Shown: positions 13,882 through 27,007 of the stretch, one piece after another | Numbering within the stretch: the stretch's first letter is position 1 | How the letters are laid out: every line of letters begins with the position of its first letter | DNA from: Antedon mediterranea | Taxonomy: Eukaryota; Animalia; Echinodermata | Reading direction: 5' to 3' | Assembly: GCF_964355755.1 (NCBI RefSeq) | Contig: NC_092678.1 | Coordinates: 15,729,881-15,793,880, forward strand | DNA length: 64,000 nucleotides | Position numbers and translations under genes: made by a program | The notes under the pieces: generated by a model | The model's database searches: none | Told to the model about the DNA's origin: nothing | Seen by the model: only the letters and a program-made list of their open reading frames with translations

Positions 13882-15981
13882 TGTAACCCAGGCTACACAA
13901 GTGTGCCAGTCTAAGAAGATGAAGGGTAACCCAGGCCACAAAAGTGTGCCAGTCCAAGGAAATTGCAACATTTACACATTCCTACTTCCTTACAAACAAA
14001 GAAAATACTGACCAACATACTTTAAGTATGAGCTAATTATTTTAAGGATAAACTATTAGCTGATCAAACTCCAAATAAGGAAATAGGGCCACCATCATCT
14101 ACCATTAGATAATGGTCAAGGAATGTATTTCGGAACAACAGGGTGGGGCCAAGACATATAAAAAAGACTGCAGAGTTGGGAAAAATCACAACTCAACTCT
14201 AAATCTATTGAGAGCAGTCAGGTCCTCCCTGATACTTTTTGTACGTTCTGAAAGAAGTTGTATTTACACTTATTCCTTGCATGCTCAACAAGTTTAGGTA
14301 AGATAACCAACGTAAACTTATTATTTTGTAGCGTAAGTAACATAGCTAAGTCCTTTAGTTGTACTTGTTAACTACATATAGGTTACTACTTTTATGTTTA
14401 TCATTGTCTGTTGTTAAATCCAGCAATGAATTTATTATCTTAGATACAACTTGGTAAATATGTACTATATGTTTGACCACCTTATATCCTATTGATTGTA
14501 TCTTTATATGTAAGTTAGAGTGTAGTAATAAGACCCTGTCATTATATACTCACTAGGCTATGATTTATTAGCTAATCCTAAATTATCCTTGAATGAAGCC
14601 TGTATAGAGAATTCTGTAGTTATAGGAATTAAATACAAAAAGGCTACCGTAGTACACAACTCAACTCTAAATCTATTGAGAGCAGTCAGGTCCTCCCTGA
14701 TACTTTTTGTACGTTCTGAAAGAAGTTGTATTTACACTTATTCCTTGCTCAACAAATTCAGGTTGAGGGAAGATTGCCCAAGTTGGATTCTGTGTGTAAA
14801 GTCCACAGCCAAACGAGAGAATCGGTGGAGTGTAAATCATCAAACTTTGAACGGGTTTACCACACCAAAAAGGGGACAAGCTCGACCACTGCCAGTTGTC
14901 AACAAACTTAAGTTTGACTTGTTATCTAAATCTTTAAGCATACTTTAGTCGCACAAACATTATAGAAAAAACACATACTAAATTTTGTAGATATTTATTG
15001 CAAGTTGGAAAAAATGCACCAAATGCCGCTGTTACTTCTGAGTTAGGTAGATTACCACTTTCTTTGGATTGTTTAGTTACAGTTATAAGATTTTGGTTAC
15101 ATATTATTACTTTAGATCATGACAGATTCATTTTTAAGTGTTATGAGTTTCAACTTAGAAAAGTTAACCGTAATGAGAATTGTTGGGCACAATAGGTCAA
15201 ACACTTACTCTTTTCTACTGGTTTTGGTTATATATGGTTACAACAATATGTTAATAGTAAAGGTTTATTTTTGAGAGAATTTAAGTTGCGCTTATGTGAT
15301 ATTGAAAAACAAAAATGCATTCAAAAATTTAGTTTACATAATAAGTTAAGGCTCTTTTCTCTTTATAAAAAAGAAATATGTTGAAGTTATCACTTGACCA
15401 ACATCATTGATTTTAAACAAAGAAGATTATTAACTAAGTTACGTTTAGGGATATTAGAGCTAGAAACTGAAAAGGGCAGATGGGAGGGTGTAGAAAGATA
15501 TAAGAGAACGTGTAAATTATGTAAAAAGAACATTGTTGAGGATGAATATCATTTTATTTTGCAATGCACATTTTATAATGATTTAAGAAAAAGTTTTATT
15601 CCAAGATTTATTCGTGTTTTTCCTTCTATTAATAAGCTTTGTTTATTACTTTCCAACACAAATTTTACTTATAATTTAGGAAAATACGTCTACTTTGCTT
15701 TTGAAAGAAGAAACCATTATCTTAAGTTATAGTTAATTTTTATGTGTTTGTATTAGGGCCAAAGGCCAATATACTTTGAACCAATAAATTCCCTGAAAAG
15801 GGAAAGAAGAAGTATAATTTGTATTACGATTTAGAATAATAACACATCTACTATAAGCCAACTATTTTGTACTCTTTTATTTATTAACTATGTGTCTAGT
15901 GTCGCTGCCCCAATTAACTCGAACCCCGCTAACCTCAACCCTAAGTCGATAATCTTTTGTGTTGTGTGTAGAGCGGTTACA
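13882..15981 (+). mobile_element. 3' LTR of the decayed Gypsy element, interrupted by a LINE fragment
   Basis: Purine-rich GGCAGGGTGAG (PPT) then TGTAACC; ends GGTTACA at 15981, where host sequence resumes as in the paralog near 27610. TATA-like box at 14157. Confidence 0.75.
14956..15796 (+). mobile_element. 3' fragment of an RTE-X-like LINE nested in the LTR
   Basis: IEKTHTKFCRYLLQVGKNAPNAAVTSELGRLPL and ETEKGRW...RTCKLCKKNIVEDEYHFILQC (C-terminal CCHC), broken by stops; AATAAA near 15783. Confidence 0.8.
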
Positions 15982-17501
15982 AAAATATAAATGTACATAA
16001 CATGGATTAAACTAAATAAGAAAATAAATTAAAAAAATAATGTTGGTATAAATTAAGAACTGTTCGTCTTCTTGTTACTCATCATTATAATTATTATCAT
16101 AAAATGTAATATAATAAAAATTAATACTTGGATGTAATATATTTTTAAAGTTTAAATGAAAGGCTTTTCTTAGATACAGCATCTTTAATATTTGAAGGTA
16201 GTTTATTCCATAGTTTAGGGCACTAAATATTTTTGAAAACATATTGAAATGATGTTTTTTTTATGAAGAGGGTAACGCATTAAAAGATTAAAATGTTATT
16301 AAAATTGCCCAATTTCAAAATAAACAAGCTTGTGCAGATTCAAATTGCGAAATCGTTGCGCTATTTTGAATTGTGCATATAACATTCACATTCATACTAA
16401 TATTCATCCCTATAACATGCGTACTTCGTTTTTATTATTTTTCTTCTGTTCATTAGTATGATTTTTGTCCCATTTATTTGCACTTTTTCCGTTTCATACT
16501 TTAACATGGCCTACTGTAGTTGACGTGAGGCCGAGTTGACTTGAAGCCGAGTTGATTAGAGGGCGAGTTGAATTTAGCCTGGGTGGTTTAGGGCCTTTGA
16601 TTATAATAAAATACAACAGTATAATTAGTTTTTATAATATTGAACATTTTAAATTTATTATACTCTTTTTCCTCTTGTTATTTCTACTCTGAAAGACCTA
16701 CGAACCAAAAATATAAAATGTAATAGGAATTTTAAAAGGAAAGGAAAGTTAAAACTGATCGTTTTTACTTTTTGCACATTTCACGGCTCCACAAGGTCTT
16801 AACCAACTTCTGAAATGTGACTGTACACTTTTTTTTGTACACATGGATAAGGTGTCGTAGAGACATATGTATTGTCTATTGCTAAATCTTTTCTGAAACT
16901 TGTTTTTTTTAAGAATGCTGTCCATAGATATAACACCAAACTACTGATTTGATACGAATTGTATAATTGTAACAAAATGTGATATGTTCCTTACCAATGA
17001 TCAGCAAATGCTGAATGGATCACCCTTATTAAATATGGTTAAAATAAATAAATAAATAAAATAAATTAAACCATGCTAGTAGAGGTGCAGTAATTAAATA
17101 ATTACATGATTTGTAAATAGTTTTTATTATCACAGCGTACAACACAGTGTGACGTATTGTCTCCAAACTCTTATGAATGATGAATTGATATGTATTTTAT
17201 AATAATTATGTAATTTCTCAATTAATAAAACATACCAGTTAAAATAACAAATTACTGTAATAAAACAGACGGATCCAAGTAAACTCCATTATGGTAAAAT
17301 ATTACAGTCTTCTTTTATCATTATTAAGATAATAATGATAACAAAACAACAAAAAACACCGGGTATTATTATTTTAGATTTGGATGAATATTCTGTAATT
17401 GTACAGCATAACAAGTAAAACGATGACAATAATAATTGTGGTTATCTTACAACGAAAATATACTATTTTCAAAAGTATGATAAACAACAGAAAGCACTCA
17501 C

Positions 17502-17573
17502 AGTTCTGTCAATGATGTCAAACCATCAAACACATTTGCTGGTAATGTTGTTATTTCATTACTGCCCAAATAC
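17502..17573 (-). CDS. 72-nt LRR exon, intact (YLGSNEITTLPANVFDGLTSLTEL)
   Basis: ttttcAG|72 nt|GTgagt, phase 2-2, LRR consensus. Confidence 0.85.
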
Positions 17574-19310
17574 CTGAAAACCGTGAAAAAGCAATAATAA
17601 TGATATGTATATTTTCAAGGTACAGTAAACAACCATATTATGTTATTAAAATGTTATTACATTCTAAAAACAACAACAAATAGGTACTGCATTGTGCCAA
17701 AAGAAGTAAAAATACTTTTGTCGCCGATTAGGAGTGCCAGTGCAATAGTAAATGTATAAAAGTAGTTAGAAAATACTAGTACTTGTTGATATTACTTCGG
17801 CTTTTATATTATCATTATTTACATTTTACAACTATTTTTCATTAACTTCTTTTACATCAATGTAATTACAATATCAATATTATGATTCGTGGATATTGAT
17901 CAACATCTACAATACAATATAACCGACAATAGCCCTATTACAAACACAAATTTTATTAAATGATGTATTCTGCTATTTAATTTTTCATTATGGCATAATT
18001 TAACACGTCTGCCGGTGGTTCTACAGTAACTGAATTAAAGAGTAAAAGTATACAGCCAGTGTTAGTAGTAACAACTGGTTGAATGACAACATAGTTACCC
18101 TAATACAATTTTCTGTGGAACAAACGACTTTGACCTAAAATAAAATCTGACGATTAGTAACAAAATGACAAATGACAAGCAATTAATATACCTCAGATTT
18201 ATGAATAAGAACATCAATTTTCGATAATTATAATTGAATTATTAAATCGCAATGTTATAGAAATCAAAAAAGTTGAAATAAAAATTAAAGTGTATAGCAT
18301 GGTATAAATGTGGATCTCGACCATCAGTGAAGTAATCGGATAATATGTATTCGTCAATGGTGGACATGTATCTGTAGAAGAAGACGGTTACAGTAACAGT
18401 AAGGATGAGTTCTCATACAATTCTCTCATTCGTGCCGATGAAAGTGATACGTCTTAAGCCAACCTTACCACTACTGTAGTAACGGAGGGATAACGCTATC
18501 TTATAGAGAAAGAAAATAGCAGTATTTGATTTGTGACAATGAAATTATTACGTCATAAGTTTTCCTAACTACGAATGGATAAGGCTATATACGTGTAGGG
18601 CCTACGTACCACACTACTGTAGATTTATTTATTTATTTTATTTTCAATCTTCCTACATAACAAAAAAAAACTAAATGCTTTAGTCTAGTCTATTCTAGCC
18701 TATAGTATAACAGAGGAGTAGCGGAAAAGCAAAAGTAATACAACTGTCATCTTGTGATGCGCTTGACCAGCCCCTGTCAACTAGAACGATAAAATAAAAC
18801 CGAAATTATAACAATAAATATAAAAAAATACATAGAAAAATATTCTATTTATAAAATGCTAATTAAAGTGTTACAATATAAAATATTATAAAAACTAATT
18901 ATATTGTTGTATTTTATTATAATCAAAGGCTCGTAAACCGCCTCGGCTAAATTCAAGTCGCCCCCCCCCCTCCCCCCAAATCAACTCGCCCTCAAGTCAA
19001 CTCGGCCTCAAGTCAACTCGGCCTCACGTCAACATAGTTTCGTCAACTCGGCCACATTAAAGTATTGAACGCCAAAAACAGTGTTTATATTTCAATTATA
19101 CCACATAGTTACGTTCAGTACTGAAATATTTTAGGATTTAAAAGAATAAAATATCTAAGTGACGAAGACGGATATGAGCATGCGCGAGTAGAGACAACAC
19201 CTAACTTTTACACGCAGGGAAAAAGATCTTAAATTCAGACTAAAGGTAATATATAGCCAACGAACTCTACTATTTTTAAAAGTTGTATACACTAACTAAA
19301 AGAAGACTGC

Positions 19311-20132
19311 ATGATGGCGACTAATAGGCCTACTAGGGCAAATACTAAATCAATTGACTTAACAAGAAAAGCTAGACCCTCCGAAAGTCTAGAAGCAGAT
19401 GATCCAATCGAAGCCTCCGGCGACCGACAGGGGGAAACTCAAACGCTCGCCGATCAACTAGGTAGGCTATCAGAACAACTTAATGGTAAACTAGATAAAG
19501 TCCTAGAAAATCAAAAAAACTACAACAAAAGGCTTACCAAACTGGAAACAACTGTCAAAGATCTAGAAAAAAGTGTGGAATATGCGCATGATTCAACTAA
19601 CAAAACGAAGGAAGAAATAAAAAAAATTGGAAATGAAATCAAGAAAATGGAGGAGTATGAAAACAAAATGGCGGCTTATCAGGATAAAATGGCGGACATG
19701 GAAAATTCAATCCTAAAACAAGAAAGATACAGTAGGAGTTTTAATCTAAGGTTTGGAGGAGTTATAGAAAATGCTACAGAAAACACCCAGGACTTATTGC
19801 AAAAAGTACTACGCGAAGAACTCGGACTCGAGGACATCGAAATTGAAAATTGCCATCGCACCGGGAAACGCCGTTTAGATAACAAACCGAGGCATATAAT
19901 AGCTAAATTTCTGTACCGTCCACAAAGAAACCAAGTCCTAAAACTAGGAAAAGTAAAATTAAAAAGTAAATCACAAAACGTATTTATTACTGAAGATTTA
20001 CCTGACGCGGACATGAAGAAAAAGAGAGAATTATCTACAATTATGGCGCAGGCATATGCCGAAAAACGTAAGCCCGTATTCAGAAATGGACAACTGTTTA
20101 TCGACGGTAAGCCATACAAGCCACTAAAATAA
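19311..20132 (+). CDS. LINE ORF1 (coiled coil plus L1-type RRM/CTD-like region)
   Basis: 273-aa ORF with a heptad-rich coiled coil, then SRSFNLRFGGV, IENCHRTG, PRHIIAKF and VFITEDL motifs. Confidence 0.85.
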   Translation: MMATNRPTRANTKSIDLTRKARPSESLEADDPIEASGDRQGETQTLADQLGRLSEQLNGKLDKVLENQKNYNKRLTKLETTVKDLEKSVEYAHDSTNKTKEEIKKIGNEIKKMEEYENKMAAYQDKMADMENSILKQERYSRSFNLRFGGVIENATENTQDLLQKVLREELGLEDIEIENCHRTGKRRLDNKPRHIIAKFLYRPQRNQVLKLGKVKLKSKSQNVFITEDLPDADMKKKRELSTIMAQAYAEKRKPVFRNGQLFIDGKPYKPLK

Positions 20133-21029
20133 CTATAATTAAGTCATTAAGCCAAATTAATTAATGTTCAATTGAACACAATTAATTAATGTTTATGAAT
20201 TATATTTCATACAGTTACCTACATTACCGCAGAGTCTATCATTGTCTTGTAGAACGTAGACTAATTATGTGATTGTAGTAGTATTTCTACCGTTATAAAT
20301 TGTAAATAAACGAAGTTTGTTTGTTTATGTCGCGCACCTGGCTGTTAGTGTTATGTTCTGGATATCTCTGTCCATTCAAACTTTAATTCATGTGACCCAC
20401 GGCAGGTGTGCGACGATAGTGTTACATAATGAAAAATACCAACAACAATTAAGTGGCTGTTGACGATGTAAGTTTCAACGTAGTTGTTTACCGGTTATTC
20501 ATCGATGAGTTACTGGGTTGATCAAACTCGTAAACGTTAAACACATCGTTTTAATGAAACACAACACAACTAAATGTATTTAAGTTATACTATCCGTACT
20601 TTACTAGTGATATATAATGACAAATTATAACAACATTAAGTGGCTGATGTGATTAATAAGTGAGCGCCGTTATTGAGACATCATGTTCTAGACCGTTTCA
20701 ACGTAGCTGTTTACCGGCGATGTTTGACTTACCAGTGAGTAACGATAACTTGCCATAATAATACATTCTGGACATCGGTGAGTTAGATTGATCAAAATCT
20801 TTTAAGTTAACCAAATACTTAATTGGCGTCCATGATCATCATTATTGTTTCACTGCCTGTCGTTTAGTTGTTGTTGGTATGTCATGATAAAACAATTCAT
20901 ATTACATTGTATATATTGTAATTTATTGTACATACTTGTTAACTTAGGCTATTATGTGTTAACTATTCTCTGCTGTAAGCAGCTTGCTCAATTTTATTCA
21001 TTTGTCATTTCCTTTTCTGTCTAATTTAA

Positions 21030-24003
21030 ATGTTTGAATGTGACCTTTTTGATAATGTAAATGTGAGCACAGAATATTTTAACGAAGATAACTTAATTTC
21101 TTCACTTGAACATTCTAATTTATCATCAAACTTTTCTATATTTGGACTAAACTGTCGTAGTGTTGTTAATAAGTTTGACTTAATCTCAAACTATTTAGAC
21201 TCACTCGTACATGCCTTCTCCGTTATTGCCTTCAGTGAAACCTGGTTAACCGAAAAAGATAAAAGATAATATTAATCTATACCAGTTACCAGGCTACAGT
21301 TTGATTCACAATGATAGGAAAGATAAGAGAGGTGGTGGGGTAGCGTTCTATGTTACCAACAAACTAACATATATTATTAGAAATGATCTGTCATCTTGTA
21401 TGACTGAAGCAGAGACTATTTTTATTGAGATTGAGTTAGAATCAGGAAATAATGTTATTTGTGGTATAGTTTATAGACCACCCTCACGTTCCTTGCAAAA
21501 GTTTGATGATGAATTAACATGTGTAATGCAAATGATTAATCTAGAAAAAAGGAAAGCTTACCTTGTGGGAGACTATAACATAAACTTACTCCAACAATCT
21601 ACCGACAACACTATCCAATCACACTTAGACACAATATTTTCTCAGTCATTTCAGCCAATCATAAAAAGTCCTACTAGAATATCCGATAATTGTGCTTCAA
21701 TAATTGATAACATTTATTGCAACATCGATTCTTTTACTACGTCCCTTAAAAGTGGAATACTTATTACTGATATTTCTGATCACTTCCCAATATTCTGTGT
21801 AGATACTTTGGAAAAACATAATAAGCAATATCCTCGATTTGTATATAAACGACAATACTCTCCTCAACAAACGGAGTATTTTTTGCAAGAATTACAAAGT
21901 AATCAGTGGAATGATGTGCTATTCTCAAATAATGCGAATGTTGCTTATCAAAATTTTACAAACACTTTAAATAAAACAATTGATAATTGTTTCCCTTTAA
22001 AACGAATTAGAAATAAGGCGAACAAGTTAAAATCTCCTTGGATCACAGCTGAAATTGCCAGAGCTATCTCTCAAAAACATAAATTATATAAAAAGTACAA
22101 ACAAAATAACACCACTACTAATAAAAGTACGTACATACATTTTAGAAACAAGTTAACCACTACTATTAGAAATCGGAAAAAAGAATATTATATGGTCCAG
22201 TTTGAACGAAATAAACAAGATATTAAAAAAACGTGGACAATCCTAAATGATATAATGGGTAGGAAAAAGACTACCAATTTGCCTACAAAAATAAAATTGG
22301 GTACTGAGACTTTCTCTGATAATGATGAGAAAGCTGATGCATTCAACTCTTTTTTTATTAATATTGGAGAAAAACTAAATAATAAATTTAGGCATGAATC
22401 TCAAAATGAAGAAATCACCCACAGAACTTTCTTAAAGGGAAATTTTACCTCTTCAATGTTTTTTAAGCCTGTTACTGAACATGAACTTAACCACTATATT
22501 AAAAACACAAAGAATACTTCTCCTGGCCATGATGGTATAAGTGCCCAACTCATAAAATCTGCTTCCCCGTTTATTTTAAAACCTTTATTGCATATTATTA
22601 ATACGTCATTATCATCGGGCTGTGTCCCGGCTGATATAAAAATTGCTAAAGTTATCCCGGTATTTAAGAATGGTGACATCTCCGATATAAATAATTATCG
22701 GCCTATTTCCATTTTACCCTTTTTTTCCAAAATATTTGAGAGGATTGTGTATGATCAAACGATTTGTTACCTCTCAAAATATAACGTACTGAGTAAAACA
22801 CAGTATGGATTTAGACAACACCATTCAACTAGTCATGCTTTAATACAATCGATTGAAAAAATCACAAACGCTATTGAGAATAAAGAGTTCACACTAGGAG
22901 TTTTCCTTGATTTATCAAAAGCGTTTGATACAATCGATCATGATATATTATTAGATAAGTTAAGATTTTATGGTATAAGAGGAGTTCCGCTAAACTGGTT
23001 CTCAAACTATCTTAAAAAAAGACTACAATACACATTTATTGTTAATACTGCATCTAGTAAAATGAGAGTAAACACTGGAGTTCCTCAGGGATCCATATTG
23101 GGTCCATTATTATTTCTTATATTCATTAATGATATTAGTCTAGCATGTAACCATGTAGACATGATTATGTATGCAGATGACACAAATGTGTTTTATAGTC
23201 ACAATGATATTACTCAAGCTTTTGATACAATGAACCAGGAGTTATCTATACTTTCGGACTGGTTTATTGCTAACAAATTAACGCTAAATGTAAACAAATC
23301 AAAATATGTTATATTTAAGGCTAGAAATAAGTCAGCTGACACTACCTCACTAGAATTGAGGATGGGAAATGAATGTATAGTAAAAGCTACTGAAGTTAAA
23401 TTTCTAGGCTTATTTCTGGATGAAACTTTATCGTTTAATTTTCATGTAAATGAGGTAGCAAACAGTATTTCTAGAATAATTGGTGTCTTAAACAAAGTGA
23501 AGTCTATGTTATCAAGTAAAATCTTGTTAACGGTATACAATGCACTTATATTACCTAGAATAACGTATGCTATCACAGTATGGGGTGCTACTTCTGCTAC
23601 AAACTTAAACCGTATACATATTCTCCAGAAAAAAGCACTTAGAAATATTTGTCATGTTCATTTTATGCATCCTTCTCATCCACTTTTTATTTCAACCCAA
23701 ACATTAAATATTTTTGACCTTTATACGAAACACACTGCTATATTTATGTATCAATATAAACATAATCTATTACCTGAATCATTTAATAACTTATTTAGTA
23801 CATCTGCCTCATTCCATAATTACTCAACTAGAAACAGGTCAAACTACTGTCCACAACTAAAACGCACCAAAGTCGGACAGCAATGTATTTCCTACCAAGG
23901 AACACATATTTGGAACAATTTAACAGACTATATAAAACAATCCCCCACTTTAAGTTTGTTTAAACAGAGATTAAAGCAATATTATAACAATAGAAATATT
24001 TAA
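21030..24003 (+). pseudogene. LINE ORF2 (APE endonuclease + RT) with one frameshift
   Basis: NCRS, SETWL, GDYN and SDHFP endonuclease motifs; RT motifs YRPISIL, LDLSKAFD, GVPQGS and YADD. A 7-nt duplication at 21254-21267 separates the 79-aa and 900-aa ORFs. Confidence 0.92.
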
Positions 24004-24455
24004 GTTAAGTAAATCACATTATGTTATTTTGGTTTGTTCTTTTTGTGTGTACTAATTGTTTGATCTTTTTGTTAGGGTTACATGCTTAAAGCACTTGTGC
24101 TTATTTTGTATCCCATTCCATTATCTTATTATTTGTATTGTATTTGTATATGTTTTTATTTTGATTATGGAATAAAAATGTCGATGAATTGAATTGAATT
24201 GACGAACCTCAAAAATCATGTGACAGAAATGATTTTAAGACTTGATTTGAATATGGTTATTGACCATATTCACATAGATATACAATGTAATAACATGATA
24301 AAGATATACAAAACAAAATTTACAACAAAAAAGCCCCTGGCAATAGCAAAAAGTCAAATCCGTCACTGACCGTCACCTCCGTCACATCTCCGTCACAAAG
24401 AAACATTGGGAAATTTGACGGAGATGAGCATGACGGAGATGATGTATTTAGCATA

Positions 24456-27007
24456 TAGTGGGGAACCTAATGTAATTCCGTGAGATTTTAATGCTCAATT
24501 TGAGTTCTTGGCAGTTTTGGAATCCTTGGGACCAGCAGAATTCATTGCAACAGGGGGCCAATTTTTCCCGACCCTATTTTGGCCGCCATCTTGGATTTCA
24601 AAATGGCCCCCATAACAGCCATATTGAAATCCAAGATGGCCGCCATTAAAAACGTATATAATGTATGCATTTTATAGTCAGGGTCCTCATGTATTTCCGT
24701 AGGATTTTAATGCCCAAAGTGAGATTTCACTTCTTTAATATGGTGGTAGGATACCAAAAATGCTAGGTAACCAATTTTCACGATCCTGTAACCATGGTAA
24801 CAGCCCCAAGATCAAAATGGCTCCCAATTGGCCCTATCTCCGTATCCGTTTGGTCTATCAACAAGATATTGGTATCAAAATACTCGGAGCCTATATATTT
24901 ATATTCATTGTAATGGAACATTTTGACGAAATGTAATAGGAAATGCTATTTTTCTGCACTATTGACCTTTGACCTTGACTTGCATTGTATCTAAAAAACG
25001 GCTGGTCATTGAAATTTAAAAATGGTCTCAAATTGCTGAGACCATACATATTCATATTTATTTTAATGCAACATTTTGTTAGAAAAAGACCGGAAGTAAA
25101 GTTATTGACCTTTGACCTTATAAACATAAACTTGATGTATACAATAAGCATTTATCTATTTCAGAATGCATCGGTAATTATTTGTGGTAGGTATTAAACA
25201 ATGGGTTTATACATATTATTATCATTTGAATATCTAATTTCTAATTCACATACTTAGTTTTTATATATTTTATAAATATTAATCAATACCATGCATTTAT
25301 TGTGTCAGCATCCTCGTCCCATTCTTTCCATTAAGACAGTCAAAGGAGTGAGAGTGGTTGATTCTTAAACTTTGTACCGTTCCATTTTATTTCCTAATGC
25401 TTTTTTGTTTTTTTTTAAACAATTTCATATAGGTTTCTCATACATTGAACTGCTATACACTATTACGTGGTCGTAGATGATAATTTGATTGCTTCGTTCA
25501 GTTGCTTGATTAGACGTTCCTTGGGGTTGCTTCTTTGATGTTTCGATATAAGAAGTAATCGTCCAATGCTAACATTGACTGCCATTTTGTAGTTATATCG
25601 CCAAGCCAAGGAATCATTTTAGATTAGATAGAGTGAGATTGTTAGAAGTGACCAAGAGGTTTTGGATGTTTACAGCATTTTATGTTCCCTTCAAGCTACT
25701 AAATGTGTTTAGTTTTATTTTTTTCAAGGAGTCCACAACCAGACTTTGCTCACAAACTTCAAAAAGCTTTAACTCTTTTTTTATCATCTCTGTTTAAGAT
25801 ATATTTCTTGACTTCATTTGAAATTATTACTAAGACAATGTTTAAAAAAAGTGTTGATTTTGTTATGAATGTATTTTGATAAAATCTTGAAGGATTTGTG
25901 TGTTTTGCGTTAAAGAGTGAGTTCGATGGGAAATCCAGTTCGATTTCCTCATTTTGAGTAATGCCGCCAACAAGACCACCAACCCATTTCAACTATGTTC
26001 CTTCTGTTCTTCTAGAGCCTGGTCCGGGAAAAGAGAACTATTTAAATACAGATTTTTTTTCTTTACATTCAAATTAATTACACTTTTTTTATTCTCTGTT
26101 ACTTAGTAATCTACATCAAGCCAAGCTGGTTCATTATGTGAATTAGAAATTAGCTATTCAAATGATAATAATATGTATAAATCCATTGTTTAATACCTAC
26201 CACAAATAATTGCTGATTATTGTATACATCAAGTTCATGTTTATTAGGTCAAAGGTCAATAACTTTACTTCCGGTCATTTTCTAACAAAATGTTGCATTA
26301 CAATAAATATAAATATGTATGGTCTCAGAAATTTGAGACCATTTTAAAATTTCAATGACCAGCCGTTTTTAGATACAATGCAAGTCAAGGTCAAAAGTCA
26401 ATAGTGCAGAAAATTACCATTTCCTATTACATTTCGTCAAAATTTTCCATTACAATGAATATAAATATATTCGCTCCGAGTATTTCGATAACAATATCTT
26501 GTTCATAGACCAAAGGGATACGGAGATAGGGCCAATTGGGCGCCATTTTGATCTTGGGGCTGTTACCATGGTTACGAGATCGTGAAAATTGGTTACTTAG
26601 CATTTTTGGTATCCTACCACCATATTAAAGAAGTGAAATCTCACTTTGGGCATTAAAATCCTACGGAAATACACGAGGACCCTGACTATAAAATGCATAG
26701 TGGCCATCTTGGAATTCAATATGGCTGCCATATGCTATTATTATAAATTGTACCATTGGACTGATTTATCATACTATTGTAAGATTTATCACACAAATTA
26801 CGTTCGTACGTGGTTTAAAATAGGAGTTTTGAGTAAAAAATGGGGGCCATTTTGAAATCCAAGATGGCGGCAAAAATAGGGTCGGGAAAAATTGGCCCCC
26901 AGTTGCAATGAATTCTGCTGGTCCCTATGATTCCAAAACTGCCAAGAACTCAACTTGAGCATTAAAATCTCACGGAACTGATTTTTGGAACATTAGGTTC
27001 CCCACTA
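24456..27007 (-). mobile_element. Non-autonomous Academ-like foldback DNA transposon
   Basis: TAG...CTA termini, TIRs of about 0.8 kb (24456-25252 / 26135-27007), 3-bp TSD ATA confirmed by the empty site at 8355-8365; internal remnant PDQALEEQ..LKWVGGLVGGITQNE on minus near 25945-26030. Confidence 0.8.

Larger units (their letters stand above)
7995..16793. mobile_element. TGT..ACA long-TIR DNA element X, copy A (left end lost; hosts a Gypsy element and a LINE fragment)
   Basis: Right end TTTGCACATTTCACGGCTCCACA + AGGTC is the reverse complement of the left end at 40898; interior matches 19070-19175, 24200-24455 and 27010-28452. Left boundary approximate. Confidence 0.7.
19178..24199 (+). mobile_element. 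Full-length CR1/L2-group (Crack-like) LINE
   Basis: Two ORFs, AATAAA at 24171 and a (TGAAT)n tail; the empty site gacggatatgacga..acctc is present at 8092-8113. Confidence 0.9.
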
